DNA of 51,128 bases from Candidatus Azotimanducaceae bacterium (lineage in GTDB: Bacteria; Patescibacteriota; Minisyncoccia; Phycocordibacterales; UBA918): positions 1 through 51,128 of the forward strand of contig JBLHGD010000001.1 of assembly GCA_047616585.1 (NCBI GenBank). Reading direction: 5' to 3'. Below the pieces are notes generated by a model, which worked only from the letters and a program-made list of their open reading frames with translations, searched no databases and was not told the origin of the DNA. Below, one piece after another: positions 8,201 through 16,212 of the stretch (within the stretch, counting starts at the first letter, position 1; each line of letters starts with the position of its first letter). The position numbers and the translations under genes are program-made.

Positions 8201-8232
8201 TCTAAATAGTGCGATGCATCGCACTATTTAGA
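8201..8232. repeat. Perfect 32-nt palindrome (16+16, no spacer)
   Basis: tctaaatagtgcgatgcatcgcactatttaga equals its own reverse complement and is centred on ATGCAT. It lies between the secA terminator and the DUF360 gene. Confidence 0.95.
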
Positions 8233-8255
8233 CAAGGATTTGTTGGACTGTATAC

Positions 8256-8290
8256 AAAAAAAACTGAGGCGTGTGCGCCTCAGTTTTTTT
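8256..8290 (-). terminator. Rho-independent terminator downstream of secA (structurally bidirectional)
   Basis: An A8 run, then ctgaggcg-tgtg-cgcctcag (8264-8283), then a T7 run. It starts 16 nt after the secA stop. Confidence 0.8.
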
Positions 8291-8305
8291 GTATCACACA
8301 ACACG

Positions 8306-10837
8306 TTACTTCTCGACTATCTTCCATCCATCATTGAGTAGTGACTCCGCTTTCTTATATTTCATCTCTTTTGTATCAGTGCCATTTGTGACGGACACGA
8401 GGTCATTTCTGCCGTGAGCTTGTGTGTTTATGCGTTGTTGTTGCACCTTTGTATTTGCCGTTTCTCCCGCTGCTCTTTGAATGCGAGCTTTTTCTTTTCG
8501 AAGTGCCTCTTCTTCTCTTTGGATTGCTTCCGGTTGCATATTTGGAATAATCTCCCCAATCCTGTGTAATGCACTCTCTTGCATCTCCTTAAAAAGCCGC
8601 GTACCTTCCTTACGATACTCTATAAGTGGGTCTCTCTGCCCGTATGCACGCAAATTCACACTTGAACGGGTATACCCCATCACTTCAAGATGCTCAACCC
8701 AAATCATATCGGTAACTTGTAGGATGAGTTTCTGTGATAGTTCATACCACCTTTCTTCTCCAAACTCTTGTTTTTTAGCTTCAATTGAAGCTTCTGTCTC
8801 AGGAATCGCAGCGGTAAGCTCATCAAGGACCGCATTGATTTCTTTGTGAGATCCCGTCAGTAGCTCACGCCTTCGTGCATATATAGTTTGTCGTTGTTTA
8901 TTCAAGACATCATCGTATGCCAACACTTGTTTTCTTGAATCAAAATGAAATCCTTCAATTCTAGTCTGGGCAGATTCGAGCTGTTTTGAAATCATTCGTG
9001 TTTCAATTGGCTGATCTTCTGGAATGCCAAATGTCCCCATCAACTTTTTAACTCTCTCACCTCCAAATACACGCATAAGTGAATCTTCCATAGACACATA
9101 GAACTGTGTCTCTCCAGGATCGCCCTGACGTCCAGCTCGTCCTCGTAGCTGATTATCGATACGCCGCGCTTCGTGGCGTTCAGTACCCAACACAAATAAA
9201 CCACCGAGTTCTTTAACTGCTTCTTGTTCCGCATCTGTTGCTGTTGGTCCGCCCAGTTTAATATCTACCCCTCGTCCTGCGACGTTTGTTGCAAGCGTAA
9301 CCGCTCCCTTCCTTCCTGCTGCAGCAATAATCTCACCCTCCTGCTCATGATTTTTAGCATTAAGCATTTTATGTGTAATGCCAGACTTTGTAAGCACTAC
9401 AGACAGGAGTTCGTTCTTATCGATTGACGCAGTACCAATCAAGATTGGTTGTCCTTTTTCATTCACTTCTTTTACTTTTCGTATGACCGCGTCAAATTTA
9501 CCTTTCTCAGTCTGAAAAATTAGATCATTCTGATCAAGACGCTGCACTTCCTTATGTGTCGGTACTGGCACGACGTCCAAACCATACACTGTAAAAAACT
9601 CCTCTTGTGAGGTGAGCGCGGTACCTGTCATACCTGCGATTTTCTTATACATGCGGAAATAATTCTGATACGTCACTGACGCATATGTCCGAGACTCTTG
9701 CTGGATTTTTACACCTTCCTTAGCTTCAACTGCTTGATGCAGCCCATCAGACCAACGACGTCCAGGCTGTAAACGTCCTGTAAATTCATCGACAATAACT
9801 ACCTCTCCATCGCGTACAACATACTCTTTATTGCTCGTATACAACGCCTTCGCGCGCACAGCAGTCTCAAGGTGATGGACATACTTGATACCACGGTCGG
9901 TATATATATTTTCTATTCCAAGTGCCTTTTCCGCTTCTTCGATTCCAGCGTCCGTAAGAGAGACGCTTTTTAACTTTTCATCAACTGCATAATGCTCATC
10001 AACTTTCAATTTGCCCGCAACGCCCACAAATACATCGTATAAGTTTTCGGAATCAGCGGCAGGCGCAGAGATAATAAGAGGTGTTCGCGCCTCATCGATA
10101 AGAATGGAATCGATCTCATCGACGATTGTATATGTGTGGTTATGTTGACGAACTTTCTCCTGATCAAACTCGATATTGTCTCTTAAATAATCAAACCCAA
10201 ATTCGCTGTTTGTTCCATATGTAATATCAGCCTGATACGACTCCTGTCGAGTGCACGGGCGCAGAAACTCATAGTGCACCTTGTACGCACCTTCGCTATC
10301 GCGGGCGGCATCATCTGCTTCCTCCGTATGGGCACCATCGTACAAATAAGACTCACCATGATTGATGACACCCACAGATAAACCGAGTGCAGCGTAAATT
10401 TGACCCATCCACACGGCGTCACGTCTCGAGAGATAATCATTCACTGTCACTACATGTACACACTCACCTAAAAGCGCGTTAAGGGCCCCTGGGAGAGTCC
10501 CAACAAGTGTCTTACCTTCACCAGTGCGCATTTCAGTAATTTTTCCGCGATGCAGCAATACGCCGCCAATTAACTGCTCGTCGTAATGACGCAAACCAAG
10601 TGTCCGCTTAGACGCTTCCCGTGTAAGGGCGAACATATCTTCCAACACACCATCCAATGATGCACTATCAGATACTTGTTCACGTAATTGGGTTACCTTA
10701 CTCTTAATTTCATCGTCAGATAACTCTACATACACGGACTCTAAAGCATTGATCGTATCCACAATCGGCTGTACCTCTTTAAGCTCTTTTTCGTATGTGG
10801 GGCCAAAAAATCTATCCAGAAAAGACATAATAGGCAC
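8306..10837 (-). CDS. secA: Preprotein translocase ATPase SecA
   Basis: 843 aa with canonical SecA motifs (MRTGEGKTL, IVDEIDSILIDEARTPLIIS, TNVAGRGVDIKLGG, GRAGRQGDPGETQFYVS). Confidence 0.97.
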   Translation of the reverse strand: MPIMSFLDRFFGPTYEKELKEVQPIVDTINALESVYVELSDDEIKSKVTQLREQVSDSASLDGVLEDMFALTREASKRTLGLRHYDEQLIGGVLLHRGKITEMRTGEGKTLVGTLPGALNALLGECVHVVTVNDYLSRRDAVWMGQIYAALGLSVGVINHGESYLYDGAHTEEADDAARDSEGAYKVHYEFLRPCTRQESYQADITYGTNSEFGFDYLRDNIEFDQEKVRQHNHTYTIVDEIDSILIDEARTPLIISAPAADSENLYDVFVGVAGKLKVDEHYAVDEKLKSVSLTDAGIEEAEKALGIENIYTDRGIKYVHHLETAVRAKALYTSNKEYVVRDGEVVIVDEFTGRLQPGRRWSDGLHQAVEAKEGVKIQQESRTYASVTYQNYFRMYKKIAGMTGTALTSQEEFFTVYGLDVVPVPTHKEVQRLDQNDLIFQTEKGKFDAVIRKVKEVNEKGQPILIGTASIDKNELLSVVLTKSGITHKMLNAKNHEQEGEIIAAAGRKGAVTLATNVAGRGVDIKLGGPTATDAEQEAVKELGGLFVLGTERHEARRIDNQLRGRAGRQGDPGETQFYVSMEDSLMRVFGGERVKKLMGTFGIPEDQPIETRMISKQLESAQTRIEGFHFDSRKQVLAYDDVLNKQRQTIYARRRELLTGSHKEINAVLDELTAAIPETEASIEAKKQEFGEERWYELSQKLILQVTDMIWVEHLEVMGYTRSSVNLRAYGQRDPLIEYRKEGTRLFKEMQESALHRIGEIIPNMQPEAIQREEEALRKEKARIQRAAGETANTKVQQQRINTQAHGRNDLVSVTNGTDTKEMKYKKAESLLNDGWKIVEK

Positions 10838-11057
10838 TAGTGTACCCCATCACTAACTTTTTGTCAGTTTTACGATACGACAAGAGAATCGCTACATATA
10901 ACAATATTTCAACACTTATTCAACTTAACATTCAACGCTGTACTAGTCAGCAGACACAAAGTTAGTGTGGGGTGTCCCCCGGAGCTATCATTACGTCTAC
11001 CACAAACACTTTGCCGCGTTTTAGAGAATATATCAGCACTACAACGGTATGATCACA

Positions 11058-11086
11058 TCAAAAATACCGCCAATGGAGGGCGGTAT
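11058..11086 (-). terminator. Rho-independent terminator downstream of the histone-like gene
   Basis: Minus strand reads ATACCGCC-CTCCATT-GGCGGTAT followed by TTTTGATG, about 29 nt after the stop at 11115. Confidence 0.55.
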
Positions 11087-11114
11087 CATTTGAGCAACCA
11101 GACGTGCAAATATA

Positions 11115-11405
11115 TTATTTACGACGTCGAACTGTCTTTTTTACTGTCTTCTTCTTAGCTGCTGGCTTTCGCTTTGCGGCTACTTTTTTCTTCGGTGCAG
11201 CTTTCTTTTTCTTAGCTGGTACTTTTTTCTTTGGTGCGGCCTTTCGCTTTGGCGCAGCTTTCTTTTTCTTAGCTGCTGGCTTTCGCTTTGCTACTACTTT
11301 CTTCTTAGCTGCTGGCTTTCGCTTTGCTACTACTTTCTTCTTAGCTGCTGGCTTTCGCTTTACAACTGTTTTTCTTTTTGTAGCAGCTTTCTTTTTTGCT
11401 GGCAT
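11115..11405 (-). CDS. Lys/Ala-rich histone H1-like basic DNA-binding protein
   Basis: 96 aa, consisting of MPAKKKAATKRKTVVKRKPAAKKKVVAKRKPAAKKK... with AKRKPAAKKKVV repeats. It has its own promoter-like and terminator-like signals. The antisense Phe/Ala-rich ORF is a mirror artefact. Confidence 0.8.
   Translation of the reverse strand: MPAKKKAATKRKTVVKRKPAAKKKVVAKRKPAAKKKVVAKRKPAAKKKKAAPKRKAAPKKKVPAKKKKAAPKKKVAAKRKPAAKKKTVKKTVRRRK
11155..11375 (-). repeat. In-frame 36-nt tandem repeats inside the histone-like CDS
   Basis: Identical units cttagctgctggctttcgctttgctactactttctt occur at 11268-11303 and 11304-11339. A third copy starts at 11340 and degenerate copies lie upstream. Confidence 0.85.
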
Positions 11406-11462
11406 AACGTTGAAAGATTAGAATGGTTAATCAATTCGACCGCTGACTTCTCGAAGGAAAGA

Positions 11463-11491
11463 ACTATACTGAAGAGAATGTCTGCTTACAA
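11463..11491 (-). promoter_or_regulatory. Candidate sigma70-like promoter of the histone-like gene
   Basis: Minus strand reads TTGTAA (11491-11486), a 17-nt spacer, then TATAGT (11468-11463), about 57 nt upstream of ATG 11405. Confidence 0.4.
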
Positions 11492-11551
11492 CTATTATCC
11501 CCCATACAAAAATTACTGCAATCGATTTTGTAAAAAAAAAATGTGGATAAG

Positions 11552-11583
11552 AAAAATATTTTTTGTGCACAAAAAATATTTTT
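11552..11583. repeat. Perfect 32-nt AT-rich palindrome (16+16, no spacer)
   Basis: aaaaatattttttgtgcacaaaaaatattttt equals its own reverse complement and is centred on GTGCAC. It directly abuts the murB terminator. Confidence 0.95.
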
Positions 11584-11623
11584 AAAAAAAACGCGCAAAG
11601 TTTTGAGAACTTCGCGCGTTTTT
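11584..11623 (-). terminator. Rho-independent terminator downstream of murB
   Basis: Minus strand reads AACGCGCGAAG-loop-CTTTGCGCGTT followed by a T8 run. It starts about 14 nt after the murB stop (11637). Confidence 0.7.
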
Positions 11624-11636
11624 ACTTAAATTTTTG

Positions 11637-12650
11637 TTATGACATTCGCGTAACCTCCCACTCAATTTCTATGCCTGTTTTTTCATATACTGTTTGCACG
11701 ATCAACTCAGCGAACGCGCTGATCTCCTTTGCAGTTGCTTCTCCATTATTCACTATTACTAATGCCTGTCCTTGGTACGTACCGACGTTACCTTCTCGTA
11801 CTCCTTTAAGCCCACACACTTTATCTAATACCCATGCGAGTGGGAGTTTAACGTCATTATCAGACACATCAAACCCTGGCATACCAGGAAACTCTCCTCT
11901 TAATTTTTCATACGTGACTCGGCGCACAACTGGGTTTTTAAAAAACGATCCTGCAGTTCCAACGACAGTCCAATCTGGAAATTTTTTTGAACGAATATCA
12001 ATGACTGCATTTCTGATATCGGCAACTCGTGGCGCGCTGTCATGCGTAAAACGTTCGGACAAATCCTTATAGGACAGTACCGGCTTATGGAGTGTGCTTA
12101 GTTTGCACGTAATACTTGTAACTATGTATTTCTTACCGTCTGCATGTTTGAAGATTGAATCTCTGTATCCAAATCTACAGTTTGCTTTTTCTAAAATTTC
12201 AAATTGTTCAGTTTCTGTATTGAATACTTGTACTTTCGTAATCAAATCCGCAATCTCAACGCCATATGCTCCAATATTCTGAATCGGGGCAGCACCGGCA
12301 GTACCAGGAATATACGAAAGATTTTCTAAACCCCAGTACTCCTTTGAAACAGTGTACGCGGCAGCACTATCGAAAGATTCACCAGAACCTATGGTCACGT
12401 ATACGTCAGTACCGTCAATCATTTCTGACCAACCAGTGATTGCATTTTTAATAGTCAAACCAGGCAACCCACTATCTGGAATAAGTATATTCGAGCCTTC
12501 GCCTATTACGCGAATGGTGTGTCCTTGTTCCTTTGCGTGCTTGACGACGTCTAAAAGCTCTTGTTCTGAAACAACTGTTGTGAATAATTCTGCGGGGCCG
12601 CCTACTTGTAGCGTTGTAAAATCCTTCAGCTGTACACCTTCTTGGATCAT
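11637..12650 (-). CDS. murB: UDP-N-acetylenolpyruvoylglucosamine reductase
   Basis: 337 aa with an N-terminal FAD-binding region (LKDFTTLQVGGPAELF, GEGSNIL) and a MurB C-terminal domain (AGSFFKNP, LPLAWVLD..GLKG...G). Confidence 0.93.
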   Translation of the reverse strand: MIQEGVQLKDFTTLQVGGPAELFTTVVSEQELLDVVKHAKEQGHTIRVIGEGSNILIPDSGLPGLTIKNAITGWSEMIDGTDVYVTIGSGESFDSAAAYTVSKEYWGLENLSYIPGTAGAAPIQNIGAYGVEIADLITKVQVFNTETEQFEILEKANCRFGYRDSIFKHADGKKYIVTSITCKLSTLHKPVLSYKDLSERFTHDSAPRVADIRNAVIDIRSKKFPDWTVVGTAGSFFKNPVVRRVTYEKLRGEFPGMPGFDVSDNDVKLPLAWVLDKVCGLKGVREGNVGTYQGQALVIVNNGEATAKEISAFAELIVQTVYEKTGIEIEWEVTRMS

Positions 12651-12738
12651 AATTATCTTATTTTAGCTTCATTTGAGACGATACACCACTGCATCATTCT
12701 ATAGCATATGCTCTATGCGAAACAGATAGTGCATGTAG

Positions 12739-14934
12739 CTACTGTGCACAGCCTTCGTTGGGACTTTTTCCGGCTTCGATATTGCTAATGTAACAATTAC
12801 CAGCAGCAGCAAAAGTCGGAATATCTTCAATGCCTTTTTTAAGCACTTCTACTGCTGCATCAGTATCACCTGACTGATATAGCAAGGAAGCCAAACTTGC
12901 TCTGTGTTGCGCATTTTCTGGATCCTTAGTAATCCTCACCTGAAACATACGCATGAGTAGGTCACGTTGCCCAAACCGATCAACACTCTGAAATGCAAAA
13001 TCGTTCTGTGAGAACGCATTAAAGTGTTCGTCTTTAATAACTTCAAGCACTTCCTCAGCTTTATCTATATACAACAACGAAGATGCATAGAAGATACGAG
13101 CGAGTGTGTTGTCTTCTTGTAACTCAAATGCTTCTTTAAAATAGCTACTCATTGTTTCAAAATCTTGTACTTGAAACGCGATGATTCCTTGTTCAAGAAT
13201 TATGGCTTGTTTACTTGGAGATAACGAGCGTGCGATATCAATGTGTTTTTTTGATTCCTCAAGCGAACCTACATTTCTGTAAAAACCAGAAATAAATACA
13301 TGCACCCGCGCGTCGCCTGGCTTGTTTTCGGCAAGTGCAAGAAGTTCATTCTCGGCTCGAGTCACAAACGCCTTTTTTTGATCAGCTGGAATATTGGGAT
13401 TTGCACTAATTTGCATAGCTTGCTGCACAGTCTGCTCAACGATTTCTTGATACGCAAACGAATCACGAGATAACGCTGTCTCTATTGCACTGAGTCGGTC
13501 GGGAATATTATTTGAAGTTAGGGCTGCAATAAGATCCCCAGAAGCTTGCATGGCAGGTATGTTTACAAAATACCCAAGCGTTCCCATGCAAAACAACATA
13601 ACCGGTGCAGCTATATTGATCACAATACGCGGATCAATAGTAAAGTTTTGAACGCTCGGAACATCTTCAGCAACACGGGAATGAATCAGGCCGAGGACGA
13701 CAGCAAAAAAGATATAGCTCACAATATTGTCGAATACAACAAGGTTGTGGACGAAGTAGCCCGCAACAAGCCCAAGCAGAACCGACCGCTCTGGGACGCT
13801 AAAGTGTCCGTCACCATCCTTATCGTCATGTGAGAAAAACGGTCGCCACAGCAGATAATATATAAGCGCAAAGAAGATGCTTATATACGACAGAAAACCG
13901 AGAATCCCACCAGCAATCAGCCAATCGAGTGCTATGTTGTGCACTCGATCATACCAAGACTCAGCAAAATACAAGTCAGGATTATATTGCTCGTTGAACA
14001 CGTAATTAAAATTACCCTGTCCCCATCCAAGTACTGGGCGTTCCTTGAACCCCTCAAGAGCCATATTCCAAATATCAAAGCGAACGGAAAGATCCTCCTG
14101 CAATGAAATACTTGCGATACGATTGAGTGATGAGTTCCCCTTTACGAAATTTGAATCCTTAAACGTAAACAGTGAAGCAGTTAAAATCACAAGTATAGTT
14201 AGAGCAACAATTGCAACCTTTCGAACACCCGGATACGATCGACTAAATATAATTGCATACAGCACTGAAAGGCCCAGACCAGCCACAAGTCCTAAGAATG
14301 TACCTCTGGTACCTGTGAGTAAAAGCAAGTATGTAAAAAATGCAAACAAGAGCGCTGTGAGTATGCGTACCAGCAGCTGCTTCGACTGGACAAATAACCA
14401 CACACTAAAAAATGCATGGAAGAACATATAAATAGCCATGTACGCTGCATTTCCAAGAGTACTATCGACGCGCGAAGCCCCGGCCTTATTGATTAATTGC
14501 CCTAGCCCATCAAATGCAACATACGTTGCTGCGGCAACTGAAGTCCACATAAGATAGGTCCATATCTTTTTGTCACGAAATGAACTACCCAATACCACAA
14601 ACAGCAGGTAGAAGTGTACGAGAGTCACGTACCCATCCATTCGTTCAAAGTTACTCCAAAAACTCTTCAGTGGATATTCTCCGAAGAAATTAGCAAAAAA
14701 CATTACTACAATGAATGCGGACGTGCCCGCAAACAACCATGAAAATCTTGGTCGGTACGCCGTATCCAAGAGTGCTAACAAAACCCACGCGCCGAAGATA
14801 ACCTCAACAATAATTCGGAATGTAAAATTCTTTCCCGTAATGAACGGGAAGAACATATCATTGACTACAATCAACGGAATGAACGGAATGATGAAGATCC
14901 CGACATATACGATACCTTTTAGAAAATCTTTCAT
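12739..14934 (-). CDS. Polytopic membrane protein with an O-antigen ligase/polymerase-like (Wzy_C) core and a C-terminal TPR-like repeat domain
   Basis: 731 aa with at least 10 predicted TM helices, including the Wzy_C-like segment LLLTGTRGTFLGLVAGLGL. The C-terminal roughly 270 aa are soluble with TPR-like helical repeats (e.g. ARIFYASSLLYIDKAEEVLEV, LASLLYQSGDTDAAVEVLKKGIE). Confidence 0.75.
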   Translation of the reverse strand: MKDFLKGIVYVGIFIIPFIPLIVVNDMFFPFITGKNFTFRIIVEVIFGAWVLLALLDTAYRPRFSWLFAGTSAFIVVMFFANFFGEYPLKSFWSNFERMDGYVTLVHFYLLFVVLGSSFRDKKIWTYLMWTSVAAATYVAFDGLGQLINKAGASRVDSTLGNAAYMAIYMFFHAFFSVWLFVQSKQLLVRILTALLFAFFTYLLLLTGTRGTFLGLVAGLGLSVLYAIIFSRSYPGVRKVAIVALTILVILTASLFTFKDSNFVKGNSSLNRIASISLQEDLSVRFDIWNMALEGFKERPVLGWGQGNFNYVFNEQYNPDLYFAESWYDRVHNIALDWLIAGGILGFLSYISIFFALIYYLLWRPFFSHDDKDGDGHFSVPERSVLLGLVAGYFVHNLVVFDNIVSYIFFAVVLGLIHSRVAEDVPSVQNFTIDPRIVINIAAPVMLFCMGTLGYFVNIPAMQASGDLIAALTSNNIPDRLSAIETALSRDSFAYQEIVEQTVQQAMQISANPNIPADQKKAFVTRAENELLALAENKPGDARVHVFISGFYRNVGSLEESKKHIDIARSLSPSKQAIILEQGIIAFQVQDFETMSSYFKEAFELQEDNTLARIFYASSLLYIDKAEEVLEVIKDEHFNAFSQNDFAFQSVDRFGQRDLLMRMFQVRITKDPENAQHRASLASLLYQSGDTDAAVEVLKKGIEDIPTFAAAGNCYISNIEAGKSPNEGCAQ

Positions 14935-15209
14935 TCTGTCTTTTAGAAATTAATTACTAACATTTTTAATAATGTCATAGTGTATGTACTTACTATGGCA
15001 GTGTGCTCAGAACGTAAAACAGCCAAACGCCCAAAACAACGGTAACTGAAAAACTATAGCATATTTACAGTATTGGCTTGGCTTACAACCGCTATATATA
15101 TCAAAAATACCCAATGTCAATCATACCGAGCGTGTCTAACCACCTAGAAAAACTCAATTTTATTTAAAGGTGAGTTTTTTAACAACTCCTAATACTGTGC
15201 TGCTCAAAT

Positions 15210-15920
15210 TTACTTATTAAGTTTTACTCTATTCTCAACCTGGTTCGTAAATTCCTCCTCGGTTTCTAGTATTCGCTCTTCATCAGTTTCTTCTGATATA
15301 CCTACCTGCACTTCCAAAACATCTAAATCCTGATCAGTCGGGGCTTCAAGCACGTGCCACACTCCGGGCAAATTCACTCGCACTTCACCAGTTGGCATAA
15401 AAAAGAATTCACTCCTCATCTGATGTTTTTGGAGTGACAATGTTTGTCCCGCGTGCACATGCAACATTTTCACCTTTAGCTGTGGCATATCAATAATCAC
15501 GTCGTACCACCCCCAGCGAGTTATCACACGCTGCTTTGCATTCAGTGCCGAGCTTGAAGAATACTTTCCTCCACCAACTTCAAAAACTGGCTCAATACCA
15601 AGTTCTTCACACACATCTAATTCTGGAGTATTTTTGGCACCGCGATCTCCCCCATTTCCAAAATAATCAGGCTTAATCCTTCGAAGTGCTTCACAGACAG
15701 TCCCGTCACTATCGTCGACCACATGTACATGTGGCGTATATGCCTCTAAAATTTTCTTGCGATCATTCCAAGGCTGAAAAAAGAATCCCTTCTTACGTAC
15801 AAGCCAGTCATCGCTATTTGCAACAATATGCACCTCTCCGTATTTAGCAGCATCTTCAATCATGGCAATATGTCCTGGATGTATTGGATCAAAACCTCCT
15901 GATATAACAATTTTTTTCAT
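15210..15920 (-). CDS. Fusion protein with a cytidylyltransferase-like nucleotidyltransferase (RfaE domain II / TagD-like) at the N-terminus and a type II mannose-6-phosphate-isomerase-like cupin at the C-terminus
   Basis: MKKIVISGGFDPIHPGHIAMIEDA carries the HxGH motif. The C-terminal WGWYDVIIDMPQLKVKMLHVHAGQTLSLQKHQMRSEFFFMPTGEVRV is a ManC-type cupin signature. Confidence 0.75.
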   Translation of the reverse strand: MKKIVISGGFDPIHPGHIAMIEDAAKYGEVHIVANSDDWLVRKKGFFFQPWNDRKKILEAYTPHVHVVDDSDGTVCEALRRIKPDYFGNGGDRGAKNTPELDVCEELGIEPVFEVGGGKYSSSSALNAKQRVITRWGWYDVIIDMPQLKVKMLHVHAGQTLSLQKHQMRSEFFFMPTGEVRVNLPGVWHVLEAPTDQDLDVLEVQVGISEETDEERILETEEEFTNQVENRVKLNK

Positions 15921-16212
15921 AATAACTTTTATTTTATTTATAGCACTTCCTCAGATGTAATATGCTCAGTATAACAAAGCAACTAAAAATAAGTTACCTG
16001 TTCATTTCTCTGACTCTCTGTGGCAAATTGGAGTAAGAAGAAAGCGTATCTATCAGACCCCCAGATTTTCTGACCAAAATCCCTACTATGGTTGTTGTTT
16101 GAATATTTGATATACTACCGTTCGTACAGCCCTCTCTCAAAGAAAGACGCTGCCCACTAACCTCTTACTAAGACAACGCAGCAATGAAATTGCTGTAAAG
16201 AATCTACAAGGT

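Noticed and set aside
11155-11375. Possible CRISPR-like or non-coding tandem repeat array
   Set aside because: The repeats are contiguous with no spacers, in frame, and encode the AKRKPAAKKKVV units of the histone-like protein.
11104-11421. Plus-strand 105-aa Phe/Ala/Gly-rich ORF
   Set aside because: It is the exact antisense mirror of the Lys/Ala-rich histone-like gene (AAG/AAA codons read as CTT/TTT). The promoter and terminator signals fit the minus-strand gene.
15148-15179. AT-rich hairpin aaaaactca/tgagttttt as a terminator of the 15210-15920 gene
   Set aside because: The stem is almost pure A/T with a 14-nt loop, so its stability is doubtful. It is noted but not called as a feature.
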